DNA of 64,000 bases from Octopus vulgaris (lineage: Eukaryota). The translations under genes and the position numbers were made by a program. The stretch spans positions 62,001-126,000 of the forward strand of contig OX597832.1 of assembly GCA_951406725.2 (NCBI GenBank), written 5' to 3'. Numbering within the stretch: position 1 is the stretch's first letter; every line of letters begins with the position of its first letter. The notes under the pieces are model-generated. The model saw only the letters and a program-made list of their open reading frames with translations. It was not told the DNA's origin and did not search any database. Shown piece by piece: positions 33,230 to 45,800 of this stretch.

Positions 33230-36200
33230 TCATCATCATCATCATCGTTTAGCGTCCGTTTTCTGCACTAGCACGGGTTGGACGGTTCGACCAGGTTCTG
33301 AGAAGCCAGGGGCTGCACCAGGCTCCAGTCTGATCTGGCAGTGTTTCTACAGCTGGATGCCCTTCCTAACGCCAACCACTCCATGAATGTAGTGGGTGCT
33401 TTTTACGTGCCAGGGGAGTCTGGCATCGGCCACGATCGGTTGGTGCTTTTAACGTGCCACCGGCACGGGAGCCAGAGGAGACTTGTCAAAGTGTGCGTTT
33501 TTTGCCCTAGTAATCACACCTTTTACGATAGGGATTTCTAACCTAGTCCACTTGCATCTTCACCTCATTTGGCATTGACCACGTTCAGTTGTTGCTTTTT
33601 ATGTGCCACCGGCACAGAAGCCAGTCGAGGTGGCGCTGGTATCGGCCACGTTCAGATGGTGCTTTTTATGTGCCACCGGCACAGAAGCCAGTCAAGGCTG
33701 CACTGGGATCGGCCACGTTTGGATGGTGCTTTTTATGTGCCACCGGCACAGGTATCACATCTACTATTTCCATTGATATTTATTTCAGTGTTCATGTACT
33801 TGACTCAATAGGTCTCCTCAAGCACAGCAGGATGTTCTGGAATCCAGGTACTTTGAATGGGCAGGGTCTATGCGGAACTGGTGCAGGAAGCAGCCCGGGT
33901 CTTTGCAGTCACAGCATATCTCCAGAGATCTCGGTCCTTCGCCATTGCCTCTGTGAGGCCCAGCGCTCTGAGGTCATGCTTGACTATCTCATCCCATGTC
34001 TTCCTGGGTCTACCTCTCCCCCTGATACCTTCAACTGTTTGGGAGCGGCACTTCTTCACACATCTCTACTCATCAGTAGTACATGAGCATACCAGCGCAA
34101 ACGTCTCTCATGCACACCACATCCAGCATTTCTCTCAGGGCGCTTACACTCTGTCGCGTGTGCACACTGACATTACACATCCAGCGGATCATGCTAGCTT
34201 CATTTCTTTCAAGTCTACACATGTCCTCTGCAGTCACGGCCCATGTTTCACTACCGTGAAGCATGGCAGTTCGCACACATGCATCATACAATCTACCTTT
34301 CACTCTGAGCGAGAGACCCTTTGTCGCCAGTAGGGGTAGGAGCTTTCTAAACTTTGCCCAGGCTATTCGTATTCTAGTGGTGACACTCTGAGCATCCACC
34401 TCCACTACTAACTTGGTCACCCAGTAGTGGAAACTATCAACTACTTCTAGTTTCTCCCCCTGGAGTGTGATGAAATCTGTTTTCTGAGTATCTGTGGTGT
34501 CTATTGCCCCTGTGCATCTGCCACACACGAAAGCTATCTTATCAGTTAATTTCCTTTTGATGTTGTTGCACCTCTTATGTGTCCATAGCTTACACTGGGT
34601 ACATCTTATGGAGTTTCTACCTACACCTTTCCTACAGATCGAGCAGGGCCACCTGCCCGAGGGGGTGTGTGCTGAGTTCGCCTTTCTGCTTACTATAACT
34701 TTGGTCTTTGCTACATTTACTCTAAGGCCCTTTGATTCTAACCCTTGCTTCCACACCCAAAATTTCTTTTCTAGTTCCTGTAGTGATTCTGCTATGAGAG
34801 CCAGGTCATCAGCATAGAGGAGCTCCCAGGGGCAACCTGTTTTGAATTCCTCTGTTATTGCCTGGAGGACTATGATGAATAAAAGGGGACTGAGGGCTGA
34901 GCCTTGGTGTACACCTACTTCTACCCGGAATTCTTCACTATATTTGTTGCCAATCCTAACCTTGCTGACAGCCTCTCTATATAGGGCCTGTACAGCCCTT
35001 ATTAGCCATTCGTCAATCTCCAGTTTCCGCATCAACCACCAGATAAGGGATTGGGGGACCCTGTCAAAATCCACAAAAGCTATGTAGAGGGGTTTATCTT
35101 TAGCTAGGTACTTCTCTTGCAGTTGTCGGACCAGGAATATAGCATCAGTGGTGCTTCTACCCGGCACAAAACTGAACTGCATCTCATCTAAGCAAATTCT
35201 CTCCCTAATGAGATGGGTTATGACCCACTCTGTGACCTTCATCACCTGATCCAACAGTTTAATACCCCTGTAGTTATTTCTAACTAGAGCATCACCCTTA
35301 CCCTTGTAGCAGTTGATTATGGTGCTGCTACGCCAGTCATTGGGTATGACTCCATTATGAACTACCTGGTTTACAATGCGGGTGACTAGGCCATAGCCCA
35401 CATAACCAGCTGTTTTAAGCATCTCAGCAGTGATTCCTGATGGGCCGGGGGCTTTACCTGGTTTCATACCCCTACCCCTAATTGCCTTAACTACAAGGGA
35501 GCTGTCTATTCGGATAGCTGGTCCCTCTGCTGGGTCAACATTTGGCAGGCTCTCCTCCTCCCATTCATTCTCCACATTCAGCAGTCTTTCATAATGGCTT
35601 CTCCAAGCCTCTTTCTTTTCACCATCATTAAAAGCAAGTGCACCATCATCCATGCGGACACATTTCTCTCCTGTAACATCACTATTTTCTCTCACACACT
35701 GTCTAACAATCCAAAATACCTCAGTTCTTTGGTCCTCACGTCGCTGGACATTGGCAAACTTCTTTTCTGCTACATCTTTGGCTATGTGTACCTGCCGCCC
35801 AGCCTCCCTTTTGGCTACCGGGTACAGTTCCCTGCTACCCCCATCCCTCCAGGCTTTCCAGGCCTGTTTCTTTGCACTAATAGCTTTGTCTACTGCACTA
35901 TTCCACCACCAAGTAACTCTAGGTCTGGAAGGGACTTTGCACCATCCACAGACTTGGTCTGTGGCACTCAGCAAACTATCCCGTAGGAATCTCCAGCTAC
36001 CTTCTATGTCTGACGTCTGTAGCTCCTCCTCCCTCTCATCAAATTTCTTGATGAGGATGTCCCTAAATCTCTGACCATGTGAAGGGTTCTTTAGCTTCCA
36101 AATCCTTTTTTGGATTGGTCTGTTTCTTGGAATCCTTCTGGCCTCAAGCCTAAAGTCACTAATGATTAGCCTATGTTGAGGGATACATTCTTCACCCGGG

Positions 36201-37870
36201 AGGGTCTTTGTATTTAAGAGCAACCCTGCATCCCACTCTCTGGTGAGGATGAAGTCTATTTGGCTAGCAGCGTCTCCTGACTGATAGGTTATAAGGTGGC
36301 AGTCAGGCTTCCTGAAGTTAGTGTTGCAGATTAACAGGTTATATGCATCACAGTATTCCAGTAGTCTAGTTCCCTCATCATTTCTGGTGCCAATACCATG
36401 GCCACCGTGTGCCCCAGTGAAGATACCCGATTCCCGCCCAACATGCCCATTAAAGTCTCCACCCACAAAGATGAGGTCCTTGCCACTAGTCTTTGAGGTA
36501 GCCTGTAGAAGGGTATCATAAAAGTGGTCCTTCTGATCATTTGGTAACCCTGCATGTGGGGCATAGGCGGAGATAATCGTAGCTGTGTCACTCTGTAGGA
36601 CTAACCTGAGCTTAAGCACTCTATCGCAAACCCTGACAACCTCTATGACCTTATCTACCCATTTTTCTGCAAGGAGAATGCCTACACCCCCTACACCATC
36701 CATGTTACCTTGCCAGAAGACTTTATACCTATGTGCCTTGCCTGTGAGGACCCTAGCTGAAGCACCTCTCCATCTTACTTCTTGTATGCAGCATACATCA
36801 ACCCGTCTTTTCTCAAGCATCTCTACAATCTCACTAGACCTACCTTTCAGTGTACCAACATTGACAGTGCCAACTCTGAAGACTGGGAAGGAGATGTGGG
36901 AAGGAGGGGTGCAATTCAGCACCTGAAAAGAAGAGGGTTGTTGTGGTGGTGATCGTTTTTTAGGCATTTTCATCTGATCTCTCTTCCGACCTGACAACAT
37001 TCAAGCATTTAGGCATGTTAAGGTTGTGGCCCCTGCCGTAGGCAGGAGCTGGTGTTAGCAACGTTGTAAGCATAAGCATTAAGGTCATTGATGATGTAGA
37101 TGTAAGCTCTGAAATTCTAGGTGTTAGTAGCATTCTAAGCAAGCATTATGGTCATTGAGTAACGTATTTAAGCAGCGTAGCAGAAACATGGATATTCTAG
37201 TGTTTGGTTGGGGGGGGGGGGGGGTTCCAGCTGAAAAATTGGTTGCATTGCGGCGGGGAAGGGTTCCAGCAGAGAGAAGAGAGATAGAGAGGGAGAGAAA
37301 GTGGGGGAGGGTAATATAGGGGAGCACCAGTAGGGAGGGGTGTTAGGAGAAACGATGACAGGTAGGGGTGGTGGCAGGTTCTATACAGAATGAAAGTAGG
37401 ATGTCACGAGTGAGGTAGGGGACTGGAAGGAGATAGCCGGTTGAGGTGGTGACAGATTTCAAAACAGAGAGAAACGTAAGATAACTGGTGCGACGGTTGA
37501 TGAGCAGCTGCGCTAGCTGCTTCTGTCTTAGGGAGGAGAAGTAGGGGTAATACATAGTGAAATAGCATATTGAGGAGGAGGGGTTCGAGGAATAGACACA
37601 AGTAATGGTGGTGGGAGAAGGGATATCTGATGTGTGGTGTAGATGGCGTAGACATAGTGTTATCCGGTATTGGTGGTGGGGGTGGGAAGGGGCGGGTGCA
37701 CCGCGAATGGCGAAGTTTTGATTTGGGACAGAGTGGCAGAGATATGGAAATAGCAGTGTAAAGAATTAAGCAATCGGGGTTTGAAGAAACAATATTGTAG
37801 AGAACGAACAAAGTGTCGTAGAGAAAGAAACAAAGTATCATACAGAAAGAAACAAATTATCATCACACAG
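33230..37870 (-). mobile_element. RTE LINE (PHD-insert family), near full-length
   Basis: 975-aa ORF 34073..37000 with APE and RT motifs, (GAT)n tail at 33230; the upstream motif TCCGGTATTGGTGG..GGGGTGGGA is shared with the copy at 25925. The 5' limit is approximate. Confidence 0.88.
34073..37000 (-). CDS. RTE APE-RT polyprotein, C-terminally frameshifted
   Basis: GTVNVGTL, GGDFNGH, QGSALSP, YADDL and PHD cysteines; the remaining C-terminus is in ORF 33868..34059. Confidence 0.85.
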   Translation of the reverse strand: MLSGRKRDQMKMPKKRSPPQQPSSFQVLNCTPPSHISFPVFRVGTVNVGTLKGRSSEIVEMLEKRRVDVCCIQEVRWRGASARVLTGKAHRYKVFWQGNMDGVGGVGILLAEKWVDKVIEVVRVCDRVLKLRLVLQSDTATIISAYAPHAGLPNDQKDHFYDTLLQATSKTSGKDLIFVGGDFNGHVGRESGIFTGAHGGHGIGTRNDEGTRLLEYCDAYNLLICNTNFRKPDCHLITYQSGDAASQIDFILTREWDAGLLLNTKTLPGEECIPQHRLIISDFRLEARRIPRNRPIQKRIWKLKNPSHGQRFRDILIKKFDEREEELQTSDIEGSWRFLRDSLLSATDQVCGWCKVPSRPRVTWWWNSAVDKAISAKKQAWKAWRDGGSRELYPVAKREAGRQVHIAKDVAEKKFANVQRREDQRTEVFWIVRQCVRENSDVTGEKCVRMDDGALAFNDGEKKEAWRSHYERLLNVENEWEEESLPNVDPAEGPAIRIDSSLVVKAIRGRGMKPGKAPGPSGITAEMLKTAGYVGYGLVTRIVNQVVHNGVIPNDWRSSTIINCYKGKGDALVRNNYRGIKLLDQVMKVTEWVITHLIRERICLDEMQFSFVPGRSTTDAIFLVRQLQEKYLAKDKPLYIAFVDFDRVPQSLIWWLMRKLEIDEWLIRAVQALYREAVSKVRIGNKYSEEFRVEVGVHQGSALSPLLFIIVLQAITEEFKTGCPWELLYADDLALIAESLQELEKKFWVWKQGLESKGLRVNVAKTKVIVSRKANSAHTPSGRWPCSICRKGVGRNSIRCTQCKLWTHKRCNNIKRKLTDKIAFVCGRCTGAIDTTDTQKTDFITLQGEKLEVVDSFHYWVTKLVVEVDAQSVTTRIRIAWAKFRKLLPLLATKGLSLRVKGRLYDACVRTAMLHGSETWAVTAEDMCRLERNEASMIRWMCNVSVHTRQSVSALREMLDVVCMRDVCAGMLMYY

Positions 37871-37899
37871 GGACGAATTATTACGAGATAGGACTAAAA

Positions 37900-40800
37900 A
37901 TGAAAAGATTATATTTGGGGGACAATATTAACAGTTAGCTCATGAAAAAAGACAGCAAGCAGATTAGTGAATAGATGATACATTTTAAGTGTTGGATGCC
38001 GTTGACTGTTCCGTCATTCTCTATCTTGTTCTCATGGGCCTAGAGGATAAAATTACCATTCTGCAGGCGACCAGCTACCACCACATGAACTGGGTCGGAC
38101 AGGCTTTAGAGCTGGTCATTCAAGTAAACCCCCTTGATTTGAAAGAAATGCCAAATTCAATTTTAATTGGGGAAAATACCAGCCTGATGGTGGTAGTCGA
38201 GGGGTGCAAGCCGAGGTGTTATAAATGTGGCGAGAAAGGCCACATAATGTCGAATTGCGAGAAGGAAAAAGACAACGAAGATGCAGTAGAAAAGGCAAGT
38301 GCACCACCAAGTAAAACGACCACACCACTAGAAATAGCAGCCACGTTGCACACACAGACAAAAGAACACCCAGCAGCATGGGAAGACACCAACAACAACC
38401 AGGAGTGGGTTGTCATTGGACCATCAAAGAGAAAGCGGAAACGGAAAGACCCCCCCTTTCGGATACACAGAATTATCCACAAATACAGCCACAAGCACAC
38501 ATGTAGCCAAGAAAACACACGCACTAAAAAAAGCACAGGCATCCACAAGCACACACACACCTACAAACACCCACACATCTACAAGCACACATACACCCAC
38601 TCCTCCACATTCACTAATAAAAATGATAAACAAAAACAATAAACTCTTACGAGAGAAAATGCTATTAATGAAGTCATCGAAAAAATATAATGTAGCAGAA
38701 TCAAACAGTTCTATTCTCGCAAATGCCAAATTTTACACTGTTTCAAACTAAAAAATCATTTGCGGAGGATGTCGGCCCGTTACAGATTAACTTCCTGAGT
38801 CATTTGTAGAGGCAATTTTCAAAAATGACTGCGCAAACCACAACACCTACAGACAGGAAAGAAGAGGGTGAAACTATACTCTTCATCCTCTTAAAACTGT
38901 AAGTTTTTAAATAACAGTTAATTTTTCACATTGTCGTTTAAACTCGGTTGTTTAAATGTACATGTTCTGGGTTCAGATTGGAAGCAAGGCTGTCTCCTTG
39001 ACGACTTCAGGTTGCATTGTTTGGATGTGGTTGTAATTACCGAATCCGGACTGAGTGGGTTGCAGGCTTTTTCACCCCTCCTAAACAGCTACGAGAAATA
39101 CGTTTCTCCCTTCCGACCAGGAGGGGGTGGAGGGGTCACAATGCTAGTCAGGAAAAACCTGGATTTAGAGATGAGAAGTGTCTTTATAGATCCAGAAGAC
39201 AGGCTAGTTGTTTTGGATGTGATGCACATCAGTGGTAAAGTGTTTAGGCTGGTTGTTGTCTATGCTCCCTGCGAAGGAAGAGCCATACAGTACGATTACT
39301 TCAGAAGCCTAGAGAATTTTCTAGGCATGCCGAACATGTTAGTATTGCTAGGCAATTTTAACACAATCTGCGATGCACGCGTAGATTATGTTGGCTTGAG
39401 ACAGGATAGGAGGGGATACCCTTGCCTCAGCGGTCTGCTAAGTCGTTTTGAGTTGGCAGACTGATTCAGACTGGACTATCCAGATCTTACATAGAATCAT
39501 TACAAGAAGAAAAGATAAGAAAATACTTAGCTGTCCACAACACCATATCGTCAGCTACAGTAATCACAAATTAGTGACCTGTATGCTTGACTTAGATAGT
39601 ATGTGTAGACGAGGTACAGGTTACTGGAAGCTAAACAAGTCGCTATTGGACTGTGAAGCCTACAGGAACCGGATTAGACAGTTAGTAATGAGGGCATTAA
39701 CTGGATCCATTATCAACAACAAATGGTGGTTTGCCCTCAAAAGAGCCATAAAATTCGAGTCAATTAGGTTTAGAAAAGAATTAGCTAGTGCTAGAAACAA
39801 AGTAGAAAGGGAGCTAGTTGAGGCAGTAGAAGAGGCAATGAGGTCAGGCTGTGCATCAAAAGTGTTAGTGGTGAGGTTGGCACTAGACCAACATCTCAAA
39901 GCTAAACATGTTGTCAGGGCGAAGATACATGCAGTGAGACAGGAAGGGATCAATGCAGTTGGATGAGCCTGGGTGGTGGAGAGCCAGCGTGGCAACAACT
40001 CAATCATTCTGTCTTTGACAGACCCACATGGTTGATCAGTAAACAAACCTGAGGAGATGTGCAAGGTGTTTCACGATCATTTCGCCCAGCTTTTCAGGAG
40101 GGGCGGTGGACTGGAGCATGGGGAGAAACTCGCAGACTTTCTGTCCGGTTCACCATGTCTCTTGGGGCAGCATGCAGAATCTTGTGAAGTGCCGATCATA
40201 GCCAAGGAGGTTGAGGATGTGTTGGCAGACTGCGGTGGTGACAAATCACCGGGACTTGATGGTCTGCCTTACAAACTCTATAGTAGCATGCCAGACTTGT
40301 TTGGGCACCTACATGCAGGTGTGTACACCAACTGGCAGCAGAAAGGGAGAATTCTTAAGTCTGTGAGCTGGGGGTGGGGTGGGGTGTAGCGCTGTTAAGA
40401 AAGAACCCAAACAAGGGGGACTTAATTAATAATTTTCGGCCCATCACTCTGCTTAACGCAGAGTTGAAGATTTTGGCCAAGGTCTTAGCAAAAAGGTTGG
40501 CATGGGTTTTGGATGGACTTGTTGGCGAGGTGCAAACGTGTACCATCCCTGGCAGGACTGTTCACGACAAACTTCCTTTTCTATACTATGCATTAGAAAG
40601 GGTAAATAGGGTTCCTGGCAAGGGTGGAGCTATGGTCAATTTAGACCAATCCAAAGCATTCGATAGGGTGGACCATCAGTATCTGACGGTGGTCCTCATG
40701 GTGGCTGGCTTTGGCCTGACCTTCTGTAGATGGATCACTGCTTTATACAGCAACATCGAATCGCTAGTTCAGGTGAACAGTTTCTTTTTGGAGCCGTTCT

Positions 40801-42476
40801 GCATTGAATGATTAGTATGTTATGGGTGCCCTCTCTCTACATTTTGGCCCTCGAGCCATTGCTGAGGAAGTTGGAGGCTATGAGGGGCTCTCCGCAAGAT
40901 CTAGGGTGCAGAAAGTCAGTTTTGGCGTATGCTGATGACATCACCATTATTGTATCCCGGGTCAAGCACTTACAGTGTGTGGGTGAAGCCTTAAGGGATT
41001 ACGAAGCGGTGGCAGGAGCGAAAATCAACCAGGATAAATCGGTTGGCTTGCAACTCAGCACCTGGAGGAGCAAGTTGATGCCTTCCGACAGTGTCATGAG
41101 ATGTTAGACGGAAGGGCCAGTGAAAATGCTTGGAGTCTGGTTTGGTCCAGATCTCCAGATAGAGAAGAATTGGAGCAAGGTGGCTCTCCTAACTCAGACC
41201 TGGTTTGAGCAGAGGCTATCCTTAAAAGGGAGGGTGGAAGTTGCAGAGGTGTTCATCGCCTCTGTAATCAGCTACCGCCTGACCATCGTACCTTGCCTAG
41301 ATTTGTGGCTGAACAAGGTGGAATGTGTGCCCTTCCACTTTTTGTGGAGGGGCAGCAGACCTCTTGTAAGGTGCTCTATCTGCTGCCAAAAGCCACTGAA
41401 GGGTGGGCTAGGGATGCTGTAGCTAAAAATGTGCAGTTATGTGCTGAGGCTTAGGCACCTCTGGCTTTACCTGTACAGTGATCAGGTGTGGTCTGCATGA
41501 AAATGTTATTTCTGCAGTTCACATTGTTTTCTGGACTGGACCCATGGATCATGTGTAGACCAAGGTTGGGTGCATGGCATGCAGAATGCCATCAGGCACT
41601 AGTGCTTCTTTCCCAGTTGGGCAACACCGGTAGCGGGTGTACTACCTCGTTCTTCTCTAGAAGGTTAGTAGAATTGAAGCGTGATGACATCCTGGGAGAA
41701 ACCCTAGGCTTCGATGAAGATCAACTTACCAACCTATTCCAAAGAACATTCAGGCCAGGGCCTATGGATAATTACCAGAAGTCCCTGGCCTGGCTATGTT
41801 ACAGAGGAGCTTTACCGGTTCGAGGTAAGCTCTGCCGGTTTGTGAAAGATGTGAGCAAGACAGTGAAACTGTCCTGCACATGATTGTGCAATGCCCAAAG
41901 ATGACTGAACTTTGAGCTTATGTCGAACACCTTCTGTCGCATTCGAGAAGTGTACAACTGTCAAGCGAATCTGTAATTAAGATCGTTCCGCTGCCCTCGC
42001 TGAATAGGGAGGAGTGAGCTTGTTTTCTCTCGGTAGTTGCTGTTGCAAAAGAGGTAGTATGGAAGACGAGAGTGAAAGGAATTGCAATAGGCAGTTTCAT
42101 CTCCAGTCTCGGGTTCATTGACTTTTTCGTTTTCCACATGAAACAGAGAATAAGGCTGGAGAAGAAATGCCTGTCACAAAGTGTGTTTCGTAAAAGATAG
42201 AAGTCTGTAGCTAGCATGTTGTGAGTGAAAGAACCTGTCTAAACGAGAAGAAAAAAAGGGAAAACAACAAAGTCTTCAGTGTGAGAATGTGGTTTGTGGG
42301 GTAGACCGTGTCCTACGCTTCATTTTATGTTTATACATTCATTCGCATTTTATTGTATATATTTAAAATTATTTATGCATATGTTTTGTCCCATTTGATC
42401 CCCTGACCCTGTGTTTGTTTTGTCTGTCCTCATATCGTCCCCTCTTTTTCTTAACTTTATATGGTAAATAAAGAAA
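37900..42476 (+). mobile_element. Decayed Tx1/L1-clade LINE (ORF1 + ORF2 + 3'UTR)
   Basis: ORF1 knuckle CYKCGEKGHIMSNC. ORF2 GCLNV, LLGNFN, SNHKLV, GTGYWKLN, KSPGLDGLP, FRPITLLN, DQSKAFDRVDH, YADDIT, GGLGM. AATAAA near 42467. Confidence 0.9.
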
Positions 42477-42829
42477 TTGACTGTTCAGGAGTTCCTCTGC
42501 CCTTTGACGAGTCTTATTTTTTATTCCGCTGGGTGTCCAGCAACACACTTCTCACCAAGCAAGCCTGGTGGGGTTGCCAGTTTAGTCGCCGACCTCCCAA
42601 CCATGTAACAGGTTGTACTGGATTACATGTTACCAGTAGCACTCAAGAGTGACCTGACATATATATGTTATTTTTTTTTATATGTATACATACGTATATT
42701 TTTACTTTTATATACATATTTATATTTATTGTATACCTTTTACTTTTTTATATTTATATATAATTCTTATTTACATTTGCAAATCACATATACTTGTTTG
42801 CTTTTCTTTTTTTATGTATGAATGAGGCA

Positions 42830-45800
42830 TTCCACATCGGTCACCGGAGTGATAGATGATCACTTTATAGAGTGTTTGAGTGTCGGTTTGGTGTCTGGAA
42901 TGGGATAGCTTACTTCATGGGCAGGTAGAAGCTCTTTAACCTTGGTTGGTAATCTACCTAGGAGAAGGAAATCTCTGAAATAAAACCTGAGGCCTTGGAA
43001 GTTCCTGGTTTTGTCAGTTTTCATGTCACACTCGCAAAAGTCTTCTTGGGCCAATAGGTGGGGTAGTGCAGTGCAATCTACACCCACTGAAAATTATTCA
43101 TCTGCACAGGTACTTCCTGTACTCCAAATCTCAGTAAAATCATTGAATTGGTGGGTTGGCAGAAACCTAAAAATGCATTTGTAACTGACTCTGAAATGTC
43201 TCAAACAGATTCAGTAAATTGCAAAATAGGCTTGGGAACGTCTGGGGAAAAGGTCTGGCTCGGCAAGTGTCCAGTGAATCACAGGCTGGACCCACTCGTC
43301 ATCCTGCCACTGTGGTCAAACAGTCTTCAAGAAAAAGTAAAAATAAACATCCCTCGAATTTTGGCTGTTGGAATGTGTGCACACTTCTTGATGATAATTT
43401 CAACAAGAGGCCAGAAAGGTGTGCTGCACTTATTGCTTGTGAGCTTAAGAAATATTCTCTTGATAAAGTTGTTCTCTCTAAAATTCATCTCTCTGGTGAG
43501 GATCAAGTAAATGAACCTACCTATGGATATACTATATTTTGGAGAGGCCTACCTAAGGGTCAGCATAGAGAATTCGAAGTTGGGTTTGCTCTCAAGAATA
43601 CATTAGTATCCTCTATTGCAGAGCTTCCAAGTGATATATCTAAACAGACCATGTCATGCCATATTAAACTGACAAAAGGTAGGTTTCTTACCATTGTCAG
43701 TATTTCTGCACCAACAATGTCCCATTCAGATGAAACTGCAGGACAGTTTTATGATGATCTAGCATAATTATTGAGGAAAGTACCAGTTTCTGACTAGCTA
43801 GTCATATTGGGAGATTTCAACGCAAGAGTTGGAAAGGACTGTTTCATGGCCTGTTTTAGGTTGACATGGGATTGGAAAGTTTTGTACTGAGAATAATCTG
43901 GTTGTCACCAACACTGTTTAAGCAGAAAAATAAATATAAAACCATCTGGATGCACCCAAGATCTAAGCACAGGCATCTCATAGATTATATTCTGATCAGA
44001 AAATGTGATATGAAAGACGTTTCTAGCATTCAGGCCATGAGAGGGGCAGAGAGCTGGACTGACCATCATCTAGTGCATGGAAAAATAGATTTTTTAATAA
44101 TGCCTAAAAATCAACTGTCTGGTCCTAAGGGACCCAAAAAGTTAAATGTTGCAAACTTTGAATTATCAAGCAACTTGGAAAGATTCCACAGTGCTATAGA
44201 AAGTATCAGACTTGACCCAAACTATGGGAAGATTTCAAAACAAAAGTATTTCAGGCTGCATGTTCGGCAGTGGGATTTAAATCACATAAGTCCAGTGACT
44301 GGTTCTCATATAGATCAGCAGAAATTCATGATCTACTTTTAGAAAAACAAAACTTAGGCAATGCACTTCTTTCTCAGTCCTTGAACCCCAACTCATATGA
44401 AGCTTATAGAAAGCTGAAAAGGAAAGTGCAGACTTCTCTAAGGAAAATTAAACAGGAATGGTGGAATGATAGAACAAAAGAGGCACAAGAAGCAGCTGAT
44501 AGAAATGATACTAAGGGTTTGTACTCTTATGTTACGGAGGTATATGGCTCAAATTCTTCTACAATAGCTCTAGTGAGAACAGCAAATGGATGTTTTCTTC
44601 TGACTGATACCACCTCTATTCATAAGCGCTGGGTAGAACATTTTTCTGCACTTTCGAATTGACCATCATCCGCTGACATGAGGATGATAGAAAAAAAATC
44701 GAACACCTTCTAGTTACAGAAGAGATGGCATTTGAACCAACTCTAAGTAACATTTATTTAGTTGTGAATAAACTGAATAACAATAAGTCTCCAGTGTCTG
44801 ATGGAATTTGTGCAGAAGTCTTGAAATATGGAGGTGACAAAATGTTTGAACTCTTAAATATATTAATTTGTCACTGTTGGAGAACTGAGAAAATGCCTAA
44901 AGACTAGATTGATGCCAATTTAGTCTCCTTGTATAAATCGGGGCCAAAGGATCTGTGTGGTAATTTTTGTGGGTTTTCACTTTTGTCTAGATGGAAAGGT
45001 ACTTGCCCGCATTTTGTTAGAACATTTAGATAACTTTATAGTTCCAAATATAGTGGTTTTCATTCCTCCAGGGGCACAGCTGATTGTATCTTTACTGTCA
45101 GAAAATTACAAGAAAAGTGCATTGCACAGAATCTTGCTCTATACCATTGCTTTGTTGATTTGAGCAAAGCATTCGATACTGTTAACCAAAATGCACTGTG
45201 GCTAATTCTAAGGAAAATAGGTTGCCCAGAAAAATTTGTAAACATGATCATGGCTTTGCATCAAGATATGAAAGCTAGAGTTAATTTTGGTGGTAGGCTC
45301 TCTGAATCTTTTGCTGTGGAAAATGAAGTAAAGCAAAAAAACCTTGATGCACCCATCCTCTTTGTAATATACTTTGCTATATATATATTCTTTTGTTTCG
45401 TTCTCGAGCCATGCCAGGCTCATAAGGGCCGGTTTCCCGGTTTCAGTGGCAAATAAATTCCCCACCTGGACAGGACGCCGGTCCATCGCAGGATTACTCA
45501 TTTTGGCCAGCTGAGCGGACTGGAGCAATGTGAAATGAAGTGTTTTGCTCAGGAACACAACACATCGCCTGGTCCAGGAATCGAAACCACAATCTTACGA
45601 CTATGAATCCAGCACCCTAACCCCTAAGCCACGCGCCTCCACATATACTTTGCTGTTGTGTTGTCACATGCTTTTCAAAACTCTGAGGAGGGTATTTACA
45701 TAAAATATTGAACAACAGAATATTTTCAATCTGACCAGACTGAAATTCAAAACAGAGGTTTTTAGTTCACTCATTAGGGAACTTTTGTATGCTGACGATT

